Assembly: GCF_006345805.1 (NCBI RefSeq)
Contig: NC_043011.1
Location: 6,572,001-6,636,000 of the forward strand
Reading direction: 5' to 3'
DNA length: 64,000 nt
Source of the DNA: Octopus sinensis
Taxonomy: Eukaryota
A program made the position numbers and the translations under genes. Every line of letters begins with the position of its first letter. Position 1 is the stretch's first letter. Below, piece by piece: positions 24,456 to 37,722 of the stretch. The notes beneath the pieces are model-generated. The model was not told the origin of the DNA. It saw nothing but the letters and a program-made list of their open reading frames with translations, and did not search any database.

Positions 24456-26882
24456 ACAGGCTTCTTTCAGTTTCTGTTTAGCAAATCCATGCACAAGCTT
24501 TGGTAGGCCTGAAGCTATAGTAGAAGACACTTGCCTAAGGTACCATGCAGTGGGACTGAACCCAGACCCATGTAGTTGGAAAGAAGTTTCTTATCACACA
24601 GCCATACCTGTGACTATAGAATAACATCCAGAAATTCCTGGCCTGGCAGAGCTATCAAAGGGTCAAAGCAGATTCAAAACGAATCCTACAAACATGAAAA
24701 TGCCATCAGCCAAAGTCATCAGAGATGTGCACAGACCAACAACACCATTCCTTGTGCTGTTGTCCAGTGGTCAAGCTTTGCTGACTTGCACAAGGTTTGG
24801 GTGAAAGAGGCAAGAATGACTCATATAAATAAGCCTCCTCTTACTATACACCTGTATACTAGGGACCACAGCTGTAAGAGGAGAATCTTGCCCCCAAGAG
24901 AATAGCCCTAAATCTAAAGAGTTTCTTGAATAGCCACCCAACCAGTGTAATTTCTCATTTCATATCATTTTCTATACATTGATTAACCATGCCTGTTTTT
25001 TGCCCCCCATAACCAATTCTATGACTGAAACAAGTATAAGAGTAAAGGGTGCATGAAGGTATGTGTTGTTGTTGTTGTTGTTAAGCAACAAGATGGGTAA
25101 GGGTGATTAGGTGATGGTCTAGGGCTTAGGGGTGGGAGACCCCAGACCTTGGGAAAAAAAAAACTTTGGTATTCTTGTTGTAGTCGAGGGCTCTTCATTG
25201 ACGCCCGACACCGCTGGGAGGTGGCCCTCAAAGTTGCTGGAAATGGAGATCTCCAGATCCAAATTCTTGAATGGCTGAAGGTATGTGTGTGTGTGTGTTG
25301 CTACAAAAACACAAAGCAAAACCGATCCAGTCCACCGTGTAAAGTGGTTGGCATTTGGAAGGGCATCCAGCCGTAAAATCCATCCCAAACAGACAATGGA
25401 GCTTGGTTCAGTCTTCTGGTTTGCCGAGCTCCTTTCAAACCATCCAACCCATGCCAGCATGGAAAAACGAATGTTAATCAATGTCAATGAATACAGGTAT
25501 GAAATGGTTGGTTGCTAAAAAAGATGCAAAAACAAGGGGTGGGGGGCAGTGGGCGTGTGGGTTTTTGAAGAAACTGTCCATGGAAGAATGGGGCAAAATT
25601 TAAAAAAAAAAGAAAAGAAAAAATGGTGGTCACATGAGGTGTGGAGGGGGTGGGGGGATAGGATGGTGTGGGTGAGGGGAGTTGGAGAGAAGAATGTAGT
25701 GCCGTGGGTGGCTTCTAATGGAGCTGAAATTTAATAGGAGACCAGTCATCCATCACAGAAACTTGTAACGATTCCTTGAAAACTTCCATTTCCGACATGT
25801 CAACGTGGTTGGGAGAGAGAGATTCCAAGATCTTTTGAGACAACAACAACAACAATTAACACTACCACCACCACTACTACAACCAATACTATTATCTGTA
25901 CTATTAATTATTATGACATGAGATATGACGGACAGAAAATGTGGTGAAGTCCCAGAAGGAACAATTATAGAGATAAAATGACAACACACACACACACACA
26001 CACGCATATACACTTAAACATGGCACTATAAATACCAACACGCACACACATACACACAGTTGAATTCTCCTCCCACCACAGGATTCCTCCTCCTCCTCTT
26101 CCCTCACATTACCAATATTTCATTACACTTCATGGTAATTAACAATGGTGTTGATTTTAAATGGTAATGGGGGAGGTGGGTGGTTGTAATGTTGGTTTCG
26201 TTGGTGAAGGGGTTATCTAAGCCCCAGGTCAGCTGCGTTCAAGCAGCCCTGTAGTCAAAGGCATTCCAGCCATGGCCACACTGTTTAATTTCATACATAT
26301 TTCAGACTACATTATGTAATGTGACCTTCCTTTTCTTTAAACAGTATAGTGTAATTCGAGAGGGATTTGGTTTCTATTTCTTGCAGGTTTGTTGATTTGA
26401 GGAAAAGTTGTGTTAGTTTTAGATCAAATATGATTCCGTAAACCCATAATCAAAAGCATTCCAACCACGACCATCCCGTCTTAAGGGTCAGTTGTGTGAT
26501 TAGCATGTTTGCTGTACAGCCATAATCCTACAATATTGGTACCTTGGGCAAGTTTCTTCTACCAGGGGATCTGCATCACTATCACTACCTTCTCCATTGT
26601 CACCACCACCACCACCATCCTTTTTATATATGCTTTTCCTATGCGGCATGGGTTGGATGAGACTTACTGAGGCATGTCATGTCTTGGCTGTTAATGCTTT
26701 AAGACAAAAGACAGAAAATACCAAAGATGCAAAACGAAAGAGAGAAGACAAGTCACCATCAATGGAAGGAAAAAAATACACCCAACATTCCCATGCTGAG
26801 AAATGGTAAAGGCACCGAATGCTTCAAGCCACTGTGGGTCTCCACAGCCCCCAACCCCATGTTAAAAGGAAGTGAAATAAAA

Positions 26883-27130
26883 GTATTAGTTAGTTAGTTA
26901 GTTAATTTTTTGGCTCAAAAGCAAAAAGCAAGGCCATGTAGGGGGACATGGAGTTAAGTACAGGGTGGTGTTCATGTAAAGAGTTCAGGCCACTTGAGGT
27001 CAAGGGAGACTTTGAACAAAGCGGTCGTCGGCATCTTCACCATCTCGTCTGGCAGCTTGTTGCACGGGAGACAATTTCTTGGCTTGAGAAATCCCATGAT
27101 GACGATAGTTTTAGGGTTAGATGCTTTTGC
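26883..27130 (-). mobile_element. CR1/L2-type LINE 3' end
   Basis: Minus strand FSSQEIVSR(W)NKLPDEMVKMPTTALFKVSLDLKWPELFT* (WNxLP...FK..LD motif) and a (TAAC)n tail. Confidence 0.8.
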
Positions 27131-27407
27131 TGAGAAACCCAGCCTAAGCAGGAATTGGCACAGTTCTCTGACTCACTGCCTTCTCTTGCACCATCCAACC
27201 CATACCAGCATGGAAAAACAGACATTAGATGACGACGAAGTTTCCCCTAATCTTTTGTACAATGACCAGACATATTTCTGTGGCAGGGCTAAACACTGAA
27301 TGTATAAACCCTAATCCTTCAGCATTCGGATTAAATCTCTATCAAATATAATCCTTATTTATCTACATTGTTTTCAATTAATCTTGCATTATCTTTAAGC
27401 TTATACA

Positions 27408-27730
27408 TGAAGGCACATGGTTTAGTGGTTAGGGCAATTGGCTCATGATCGTAAGGTCAGGAGTTCAATTCCCGGCAGCACGTTGTGTCCTTGAGCAAGA
27501 CACTTTATTTCACGTTGCTCCAGTCCACTCAGCTGGCAAAAATGAGTTGTACCTGTATTTCAAAGGGCCAGCCTTGTCACACTGTGTGTGACGCTGAATC
27601 TCCCTGAGAACTACATTAGGGGTACGTGTGTCTGTGGAGTGTTCAGCCACTTGCACGTTAATTTCACGAGCAGGCTGTTCCGTTGATCGGATCAGCTGGG
27701 ACCCTCGTCATCGTAACCGACAGAGTGCTC
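27408..27730 (+). mobile_element. tRNA-derived SINE family C (OR1/OR2/CORE-like), full length
   Basis: A box TGGTTTAGTGGTTAG, B box GAGTTCAATTCC, core GTGTCCTTGAGCAAGACACTTTATTTCACGTTGCTCCAGTCCACTCAGCTGG; follows a partial TTAA-family MITE (~27305-27400). Confidence 0.85.
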
Positions 27731-28379
27731 CTAAACAGGATTCTCTAAGATACAAACTCTTGGTCAGTTTTAGTCTAGTTAGTCTGTACAATTGACCTTT
27801 TAGCATTCAGGTTACTCCATCAAATGTAATATTTATTCACATAGCCTGGAAAATTCACTGAAACCATTTTCGCCATGGAAAAAATTGCCATAAAATTTGT
27901 TTGGAATTTTCCTGTTTTAAATGACCTCATCACATTTTTTTAATGTTTGGCATTATAAACTTTTTAGCATTCTTTCTATTTTATTAAAAAAAAAATACCC
28001 ATATAATACAATTTATCATTTTCCATGCAGCAAAAATATTTACCGCAGAATTTCTTATAACTGTTTTGAATTTATCCTGCAACATCTCAAGAGAAATAAA
28101 CCAGAATCCGCAGCATCGGGAAGTCAACTTCTTAACCACCCCTCATCCACTCCGTGTATTTTTCTTTTACTCGTGTCTATCTTACATTGCGGCCATGTTG
28201 GGGCACTGAGCACTGCCTTGAAGAATTTTTTTTAGTTGAACAAATTGACCCTGGCACTTTTTAAGCCTGATACTTCTTCTATCGATTTCTTTTGCTAAAC
28301 TGCTAAGTGACAGGGACATAAACCAACAAACACTGGTAGTCAAGCAGTGTTGGGACACACACATGCCCAAGGAGTCACA

Positions 28380-28797
28380 CTTATTTCCTTATTGCCCACA
28401 AGGGGGCTAAACACAGAGGGGACAAACAAGGACAGACAAAGAGATTAAGTTGATTACATCAACCCCAGTGCATAACCGGTACTTTATTTATCGACCCCGA
28501 AAGGATGAAAGGCAAAGTCGACCTCGGCGGAAGTTGAACTCAGAATGTAACGGCAGATGAAATACCTATTTCTTAACTACCCACAAGGGGCTAAACACAG
28601 AGAGGACAAACAAGGACAGACAAACGGATTAAGTTGAATACATCGACCCCAGTGCGTAACTGGTACTTATCTAATTGACCCCAAAAGGACGAAAGGCAAA
28701 GTCAACCTCGGCGGAATTTGAACTCAGAATACAGTGGCAGATGAAATACCGCTAAGCATTTCGCCCGGCATACTAACGTTTCTGCCAGCTTGCTGCC
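28380..28797 (-). mobile_element. Tandem dimer of tRNA-derived SINE family B
   Basis: Two units CCCACAAGGGGGCTAAACACAGAG...CCCCGAAAGGATGAAAGGCAAAGTCGACCTCGGCGG..TTGAACTCAG. Confidence 0.88.
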
Positions 28798-29472
28798 TTC
28801 CCAAGGTGTCACACTGTGAGACTGAACCTTGAACCATGTGGTTATAAAGCAAATTTCTTACCACACAGCCACATGAATATTTATACATTTTGGCAAAGGA
28901 TGTGAACAACAGTGAAAAGTGCTGTTTGGACAAAGTCCACCAAGAGGTACAAGTCTTCTCTTGTTACGGTTGCTGTCAAAAATACAGTGAACCAGTGATT
29001 GAACTGTTTAGAAATCAGCAATCAATGAGGTTGTTGTTGTTGTTGTGATGATGGTGGCAGTGGTGTGTATTGGCAATGCAGTTGCTGTTGGTGGTGGTAC
29101 AAGTGTCAGTATTGTGTTGGTTGTAGTAATAATATTGGTGTGTGTGTGGTGTGTGTGTGTGTGAAATTGATGTTGGCAGTGGGAGGAAAGAGAGAGGGCG
29201 GTGGGAGGGAGGGAGAGAGAGAGACTGAGGGGTGGTAAATAGAGGAAGTGACATGGAGGGGGGAAGTGAGAGAAGAGGGAGAATGAAGGGGAGGAAAGAA
29301 ATGGAGAAGGGAACGGGGGGTTGGGGGTTGGGAAGACATACCAAATACAACATAGAAAAGACACACACACGCACACTATGGAATGGAGAAGAGGTACAGG
29401 TTGATGATATTCAAACGCTGATAGCAATATTATTATTTTGGCAATAGCAATCACTGACACCATATATATATA

Positions 29473-29522
<50 letters not shown>

Positions 29523-30003
29523 TACGCGTTTAGAAAGGGAGAGAAAGGATGAGGAGTATGCGGTGTGTCAGACAAATCATGTCTTCTGCATGGCAATGAG
29601 GTAATTATTATGTATTTATTCATATGTCTTGAACTCTGCAAGAGAGAGAGAGAGAGGGAGAGGGAGAGAGAAAGAGGAAGAGAGAGAGAGGAGGAAGAGA
29701 GACAGGGAGTGAAAAGGTGTCAAGAAGAGAGAGAGAGAGAGTATCGCAAGAGGGAGTAGAGGTTTCTTGTAGTTGTTATTCACAGACAAGAGACATGGTT
29801 GGTTCGAGATAGTGCATGCGTGTGTGTGTGTGTGTGTGTGTGTGTGCATACAAACACACACTATCACTCTCTCTCACACCTACCTAATACATAGTTGTAA
29901 GCAGCCAACCCCCCCACACACATGTACCTGGTAATGGCTATGGCCCAAACCACAAGGTGGATTGAGACACATGTTGCTATGATTTGCTGTAAGAGCAGCA
30001 GCC

Positions 30004-30046
<43 letters not shown>

Positions 30047-30837
30047 GAGGAAGGGGAGGAAAGAGCCAGCTTCTTCCTCTGCCCCTCCCTTTTCTATTAT
30101 AATACATAGAGAGAAGACAGGCTACAGAAGGAGCCCCCTACATGGTCACTCAACTTGCTAGAAGGAGCAGCTAAATTTTATTCAAATCACACACCATACA
30201 CCATCTTAAAAAAAACAACAAAGATATCTAGGACTGTTGGATAATGTTGTCATAGATACCTCTAAAATCAGATGGGATGGTCATGGATGCAAGACATCTG
30301 GAGAAGTAAACATCATCAATAACAACAGCATGGTTGAATGGTTAAAACCAACAGAGCCATTATATTACACAACCATTCACATACCATCGTGTGAGAGAGA
30401 GAGAGAGAGAGAAGGGGGGATGGTGTAATACTCATCATCGTCATCATTGTTTAACGTCTGCTTTCGATGGGTTGGACGATTTTGACTGAGGACTGGCCAA
30501 CCAGATGGCTGCACCAGGCTCCAATCTTGATCTGGCAGAGTTTCTACAGCTGGATGCCCTTTCTGTAAACCACATTGTTAGGGGTGCAAATCATCTTAAA
30601 GTCAATAACAAGAATGTTTCTCTAAGGGTGAGGGAGATGGGGCAGTGCTTGTTTCAGCTACATTATTGCTGTCAAATCAGGGATGTTTAATCTGGTCAGA
30701 ACTAGTCTAGTGAGACCCTTGTGAGATCTGGTTCTGTGTTGAAATTCTACCGCAACCAACTCTATTTTACATTCCATTATTGTTCAGAGAATAACTAACA
30801 ACCGGTTAAGACTTGTCTTCAAGAAAATTGGTACTCT

Positions 30838-31028
30838 ATTCTTTTATGTGTTTCAGTCATTTGATAGCAGCCATGCTGGAGCACCGCCTTTTGTCGAACA
30901 AATCAACCCCAGGACTTATTCTTTGTAAGCCTAGTACTTATCCTATCAGTTTCTTTTGCTGAACTGCTAAGTTATGGGGACAACATCAGTTGTCAAGCGA
31001 TGGTTGGGGGACAAACACAGACAGAAAT

Positions 31029-31059
<31 letters not shown>

Positions 31060-31215
31060 CGATGGGCTTCTTTCAGTTACCGTCTACCAAATCCATTCAC
31101 AAGGCTTTGGTTGATCTGAAGCTACAGTAGAAGACACTTGCTCAAGGTGCCATGCAGTGGGACTGAACCCAGAACCATGTAGTTGGGAAGCAAGCTTCTT
31201 ACCACACAGCCACAT
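30838..31215 (-). mobile_element. SINE family A
   Basis: Reverse-complement match to family A. Confidence 0.88.
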
Positions 31216-31671
31216 ATTTTGGTTTCAAGATACACAACATAATTATCATCATCATCATTTATTGCCTGTTTTCCATGCTGGCATGGTTGGACAGTTTAGC
31301 AGAAGTTGGTAAGGCTGGGAACTGCACCGGGTTCCAATTGTCTTCTTTAGCATGGTTTCTACGGCTGGATGCCCTTCCTAATGCCAACCACTTTCACAGA
31401 GTGCACTGGTGCTTTGTAAGTGGCACCAGCACCAGAAGGATCACCAAGTACCTTGCAAGACAAAAACCCTCTCAGCTGGGAAGAGGGAGCAGTGGTGAGT
31501 GGGGTGGTGGTGGCTTGTGCCCATTGATGAGAAATTGGAGGTAGAGAGAGACAGGGGTAGGTGTCCTGCAGCAGAGTAGATACATGGATACTCCAGTTGA
31601 AAAAGAAAAGGGGTTGAGTTAGAGAGTAAGATAAAGAGAGCATGTATGTTTTGCAATACATTGACATTAAT

Positions 31672-31940
31672 AAAGAGTGTTTGCCAACATAGTATGGCAG
31701 TCCTGGTTTAGGACGAATGTTGCTGTAATTTAGTCCCAGGAGTGGGGGGTGCTAGATTCCCTTGTTCGAAAGTATAAGGATATAGATAGTGTTGTATAGC
31801 CAGCTGGAGACGATGTCTCCTGGGGCTACATTACAGCAACATTCGTCCTAAACCAGGACTGCCATGTTATGTTGGCAAGTAATCTTTACTCCAAAGGACT
31901 GTTGCTGAATATCTCTGATTGTGAGATTTAAAAATAGTAA
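31672..31940. repeat. Unclassified repeat with ~70-bp inverted repeats (31672-31742 vs 31817-31890); partial direct copy at 57468-57660
   Basis: GGCAGTCCTGGTTTAGGACGAATGTTGCTGTAAT vs ATTACAGCAACATTCGTCCTAAACCAGGACTGCC. Confidence 0.75.
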
Positions 31941-31941
31941 T

Positions 31942-32365
31942 TACTCTTTACTCTCTTTTTACTCTTTTACCTGTTTCATTTATTTGACTGCAGCCATGCT
32001 GGAGCACCGCCTTTAATCGAGCAACTCGACCCCGGGACTTATTCTTTTGTAAGCCCAGTATTTATTCTATCGGTCTCTTTTGCCGAACCGCTAAGTAACG
32101 GGGACATAAACACACCAACATCGGTTGTCAAGCAATGCTAGGGGGACAAAAACAGACACACAAACATATACACACACATACATATATATATATACATATA
32201 TACGACGGGCTTCTTTCAGTTTCCGTTTACCAAATCCACTCACAAGGCTTTGGTCGGCCCGAGGCTATAGTAGAAGACACTTGCTCAAGGTGCCACACAG
32301 TGGGACTGAACCTGGAACCATGTGGTTGGTAAGCAAGCTACTTACCACACAGCGACTCCTGCGCC
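31942..32365 (-). mobile_element. SINE family A, full length
   Basis: Tail CTCTTTTAC to head CTCCTGCGCCTA. Confidence 0.93.
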
Positions 32366-33507
32366 TAATTATGTATATTAATATTCTAAATATATTTCTG
32401 AAACGTTTATTACAACTAGTACAGCTGCATCGTTAATTAAAAGCATCCCATCAGCCAATCATTATTTCACTGCAATTCCAAAGGGGGGGGGGAGAGAAAA
32501 GACGGTGTCAGTCAGGATTTTGTTAGTTTTTTTTTATCTTTCACTTGTTTCAGTCATTAGGCTGAGGTCATGCTGGAGCACTGCCTTGAAGAATTTTAGT
32601 CAAACAAATCGAAACCAAGACTTATTTTTTTAAAATACCAGTTACTTATTCTATCGGTTTCTTTTGCTGAAGCACCAAGTCACAGAAACATAAACACACA
32701 TACAAAAACACTCACACATGCAGATATATACGCATGACGGGCTTCTTTTAGTTTCCATCTACCAAATCCATTCATCAGACTTTGGTTGACCCAAGACTAT
32801 AGTAGAATGCCCAAAGTGGCACACAGCGGGGACCGAACTTGGAACCGTGTGGTTGGGAAGCAAACTTCTTACCACAGCCATGTCTGTTTAAACATAATGT
32901 TTGGAGCCCTGCCTCACTCCTCCTACCCAAACAACCCAAGCAGTCTGGGGTTACGATTGTGTATTTATAAGTAAACATATCGTCCTAAATTCAAATTTTG
33001 CTATAACCATTCTTCAGTGATCCCTAGTAAGCCCCGCCCTCCCTCCACTCGCTACTACAGGAGGCAAGACAAAGCGGTACCTACGGCTGCCTTGGTCCAT
33101 TACTCTTGGAGGCAGGAAGGGCAGACAGGAGGGGCAGCTGTAAAAACAGTTTCTTAATAGCTTAGATGGAAGTGTTAACCCCTTCCCATCATGCACTCTG
33201 ATATAGAAAAACAAAAAAGGATCTAAAACAAACAAAACAAAACAGTGTTTATTTTAGTTTATGCACTTCAAAAGACAGCAGACAGTAGGAGGGGGTAGTA
33301 GGAGTTACAGCATTAGTAGAATTGGTTGTGATAGTAATACTAGTGGTTGTGGTGGTAGTATCTGATCTCGTTAAACAAGACTTGGAATTTGATGGTTTCT
33401 GGGATTTGATGCCATGATTGACTTTGTTCCAGAATTCCAACTGTGACTAAGATCTGAAGGCCAGTTGGGCCAAAACATTGCCCCAATTCTTTGGACAGAA
33501 ATAAATA

Positions 33508-33740
33508 TATTTCTTTACTACCCACAAGGGGCTAAACACAGAGGAGACAAACAAGGACAGACAAACGGATTAAGTCGATTACATCGACCCCAGTGCGTAA
33601 CTGATACTTAATTTATCGACCCCGGAAGGATAAAAGGCAAAGTCGACCTCGGCAGAATTTGAACTCGGAATGTAATGGCAGACGAAATACGGCAACGCAT
33701 TTCGCCCGGCGTGCTAACGTTTCTGCCAGCTTGCCACCTA
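33508..33740 (-). mobile_element. SINE family B with 16-bp target-site duplication
   Basis: TGGACAGAAATAAATA at 33492-33507 and 33741-33756 flanks the element. Confidence 0.93.
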
Positions 33741-34569
33741 TGGACAGAAATAAATAGTTTGATTAAATGTGTTGATTAAATGGGATGAATCCATTTGAGA
33801 GGCAAATCCAATGGCCTTGTGTTGGTCCCCTCACTGGGCCATGGTTCCGATGATGCTGTGATACACAGAAACAGGGGTTTGCACCAACCCCCACCACTAC
33901 CACCCCTTACCCCTTCAGGGTAATCTGAAGACAATTGAGATCCAGTTCCTTCCCAAGACAATGTCTCAGATAAACAATGCCATGAGATCCAAATCAGCTA
34001 CTTTTGGACTTGTACAAGACCACCACTGAGAAATTTGAGGCACATTTTTAAGTTCTTCACAAAATGTTCTTTTATTTTTATTTCTAACCGTTTTGTTGGA
34101 ACCAAATGGTGTTGGTAAACAGTTGTTACTGACCATCTGAAATTGTGCCTGTCCAGATTTTGATATCAACTTTGGTCATTTGACAGTCAGTCTATGACAC
34201 TTATGTCAATATCTCTTCTCTTGGAGACATTTTGCATTGGTCTGCCATTCCTAGGAGATGGCAATCACCACAGATGCCAGAGTATTATGAAACAAATGTT
34301 TATCACCCATTTTTGATGATCACTGATGTCTTTATATTGACATATTATTGATTATATTTGGAAGTAGCCAGTGTGTGTGCATGTTTTTTTTTGGGGGGGG
34401 TGGGGGATCAGCCCTTAACTCCTGGTGGTGTGTTGCAAGGGTGTTTTGTGACATACCAGGTGTCTTGGGCATTTTATACTTGGCAGATTCTATCCCTCAC
34501 CAAGACTTAATGTAGCCAATTTTTTCTTCTAGAAGAATCAACTCCAGTACACACAAACACACGTATGTA

Positions 34570-34975
34570 TACTATTTTACTTGTTTCAGTCATTTGACTG
34601 CGGCCATGCTGGAGCACCGTCTTTAATCGAGCAACTCGACCCCGGGACTTATTCTTTTGTAAGCCCAGTACTTATTCTATCGGTCTCTTTTGCCGAACCG
34701 CTAAGTAATGGGGACGTAAACACACCAGCATCGGTTGTCAAGCAATGCTAGGGGGACAAACACAGACACACAAACACACACACACACACACATATATATA
34801 TACATATATACGACGGGCTTCTTTCAGTTTCTGTCTACCAAATCCACTCACAAGGCTTTGGTCGGCCTGAGGCTATAGTAGAAGACACTTGCCCAAGGTG
34901 CCACGCAGTGGGACTGAACCCGGAACCATGTGGTTGGTAAACAAGCTACTTACCACACAGCCACTCCTGCGCCTA
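34570..34975 (-). mobile_element. SINE family A, full length
   Basis: Tail TTTTACTTGTTTCAG to head CTCCTGCGCCTA. Confidence 0.93.
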
Positions 34976-35984
34976 TATGTATGTATATATTTTATTGCAT
35001 TCTGGAAAATGGCTGATGTTAGGAAGAGCATCCATTTTATTTATACATTCTTTTGTCAGAAGAGTTTATGACTGTAGTCCTTCAGTCTGTCCAAGGGGTC
35101 AGTAAGTCTGAAAGGACCCAGACAACCAGTCCAACCCATAGTAGCATGGAAAGTGAAGTAAAAATTAACCCCCTTTAACACCAAACATAAAGCCACCCAT
35201 GACCTCTTCTTAAATACTCCCCATCCACTTAGACAAAGGGAATTTTTCCTTTTCCTGTCTTGCGAAATGCTTGGAGGCAACCCCACTAGGGCTGATTGTG
35301 ACATGAAAGAACCACCCAGTCCACACTGTGAGGGGACTTGCAACAAGAAGGGCATACCAAAGCAGACACCGGGGCTCACCAGATCCTGTCAAAGCTTTTA
35401 ATCCATGCCAGCATGGAAAAGGGGTGTTGATTGATGATCACACACAGAGGAGAGAGAAGATGAGAAACAAAGAGAGAAAATATCTGCCTTGGTTTTGTCA
35501 GATATGTCTACCTGTCCATCAATCTAACCGTATAGTTAAAAGGAAGTTAACACAATATGATGAGCATCCATCAAAAATATTTAATTAATTAAAATAATAG
35601 TTGCAATGATGAAGAAAGTCATTAACTTCCAATGATTGATTCTTGTCAACAAATCCAAAATAATTAAAAACTGAATATGGCCATGCAGCCAGTGTAAGAG
35701 TGTGTCTGTTTTTTTGGTAAGTATGGTGGACAACTGTAAGCATGTTTCTGCCTTATTAAATCCTCCTCAGTGAAGTACATACAGCCTTACCAGTATCCAC
35801 CTGATCCTATTTGTATGTCTTATCTATCTGACAGTCACTTTAGCTGACTAGATGCCTATTTATCTACCTCTCTATCCAGTTACCTCCGTATCTATCTACC
35901 CATCTACCCTACACCTTTATCTCTCCCCCCCGTCACACAATCTACCTCTCACTCTACATTTCTATGTAGCTATCTACCTCTCTA

Positions 35985-36273
35985 TCCATCTATGTATGTA
36001 CATACTTATCTATCTATCTATCTATCTATTAACCTATCTATCTATCTTTCAATCTATCTATCTGTCTATCTATCTATCTGTCTATCTATCTTTCAACCTA
36101 TCTATCTATCTATCTATCTATCTTTCAATCTATCTATCCTTCAATCTATCTATCTATCTTTCAATCTGTCTATCTATCTATCTGTCTATCTTTCAACCTA
36201 TCTATCTACCTATCTACCTATCTTTCAACCTATCTACCTACCTATCTACCTATCTTTCAACCTATCTACCTAC

Positions 36274-36318
<45 letters not shown>

Positions 36319-36414
36319 CTTCAATCTATCTATCTATCCATCCTTCAATCTATCTATCTATCTTTCAACCTATCTATCTGTATATCTATCCATATATCTA
36401 TCTATCTATCCATA

Positions 36415-36478
<64 letters not shown>

Positions 36479-36500
36479 AGTATACCTATCCATCCATCCA
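35985..36500. repeat. (TATC)n / (GATA)n compound tetranucleotide array with TCTTTCAA(C/T)C interruptions
   Basis: Directly visible; gives the spurious YLSI ORFs. Confidence 0.96.
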
Positions 36501-36567
36501 TACATCCACCCGCCCAACTATCAAAGTGTGTGTGTGTGAATGTAAACAGTTCCTCTTCTTGCTTTAC

Positions 36568-36720
36568 CGTTTTCTCCTGTAGAATCCATTCTGTCAGCAA
36601 TGCTATGTCTATAAAAAGGCCCTGGAACCACACCTACTGAGCAGCAAGCTATCTGTGGAGCCACCCGACCAACCACCCGAGACACACTGGTCCGTGCAAC
36701 CCCTGCACCAACCCCTTCAT
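36568..36720 (-). CDS. Candidate internal coding exon (153 nt, phase 1-1), unidentified protein
   Basis: Long polypyrimidine tract then CAACAG| acceptor; AACG|GTAAAG donor; the only open frame is [50 protein letters not shown]; phase-compatible with 50710-50850. Caveat: the pyrimidine tract is a (GA)-rich repeat. Confidence 0.4.
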
Positions 36721-36871
36721 CTGTTGAGGAAGGGAGGGAGAGGTGTAAAAGAGAAGATAAGCAAAAGGAGAGGAAGGAGAGAGCAGAGAGAGAGCAGCCC
36801 CCTCCCACCCTTCGTCTTGCTGTGTGTGTGTGTGTGTGTGTGTGGAACATCTTTGTAAATTGGTTGCTGTT

Positions 36872-36917
36872 TATCAGATCATGGAATACTGTAGGGGGGA
36901 GGATGAGGGTAGATAGG

Positions 36918-36953
<36 letters not shown>

Positions 36954-37523
36954 GGGAAAGAAAGATTGTGTGCGTGAGAGAATGTGTGTGTGTGTGTGGG
37001 AGAAAGAGTATGTGTGAGAGAGAGAGAGAGAGAGAAAGGGAAAGAAAGATTGTGTGCGTGAGAGAATGTGTGTGTGTGTGTGTGGGAGAAAGAGTATGTG
37101 TGAGAGAGAGAGAGAGAAGGGAAAGAAAGATTGTGTGCGTGAGAGAATGTGTGTGTGTGTGTGGGAGAAAGAGTATGTGTGAGAGAGAGAGAGAGAGAGA
37201 AAGGGAAAGAAAGATTGTGTGCGTGAGAGAATGTGTGTGTGTGTGTGGGAGAAAGAGTATGTGTGAGAGAGAGGCAGAGAGAGTGCGTGTGTGTGTGTGT
37301 ATGTGCACGTTTATTAGATCATAGAATACTGTAGTGTGTGTGTGTGTGTCACTATGTGCCTGTGTTTATGCAGACATGGTGTGTGCGTGCGCACATGTGT
37401 GCTTATTGCATTAAGGAACGCTGTATATGTTTGTCATGTAACGGTAATACAGTGTATGTCAGTGTTTATCAGATTAGGGAATACTTTGTGTATTTGTCAT
37501 ACAACAGAAAGAATACAGCGTGC

Positions 37524-37558
<35 letters not shown>

Positions 37559-37686
37559 AGAGTTATACAATCCAGGTTTGGCATTATTGTGTATGTGTGT
37601 GTGTGTGTGTGGATGTGAATGTATGAGAATACGAAAGTCTGTGTGTGTGTGTGTGTGTGTGTGACAGTGGGAGGTGCATTAGTGCA

Positions 37687-37722
<36 letters not shown>

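Noticed and set aside
27408-27480. tRNA-like A/B boxes (also at SINE A and B heads)
   Set aside because: They are SINE heads continuous with repeat bodies; no complete cloverleaf.
33918-34030. NLKTIEIQFLPK resembling the pogo/Tigger 'FLPPNTTS' motif after a good acceptor
   Set aside because: Similarity is limited to a few residues; no QP(M/L)D motif or TIRs found.
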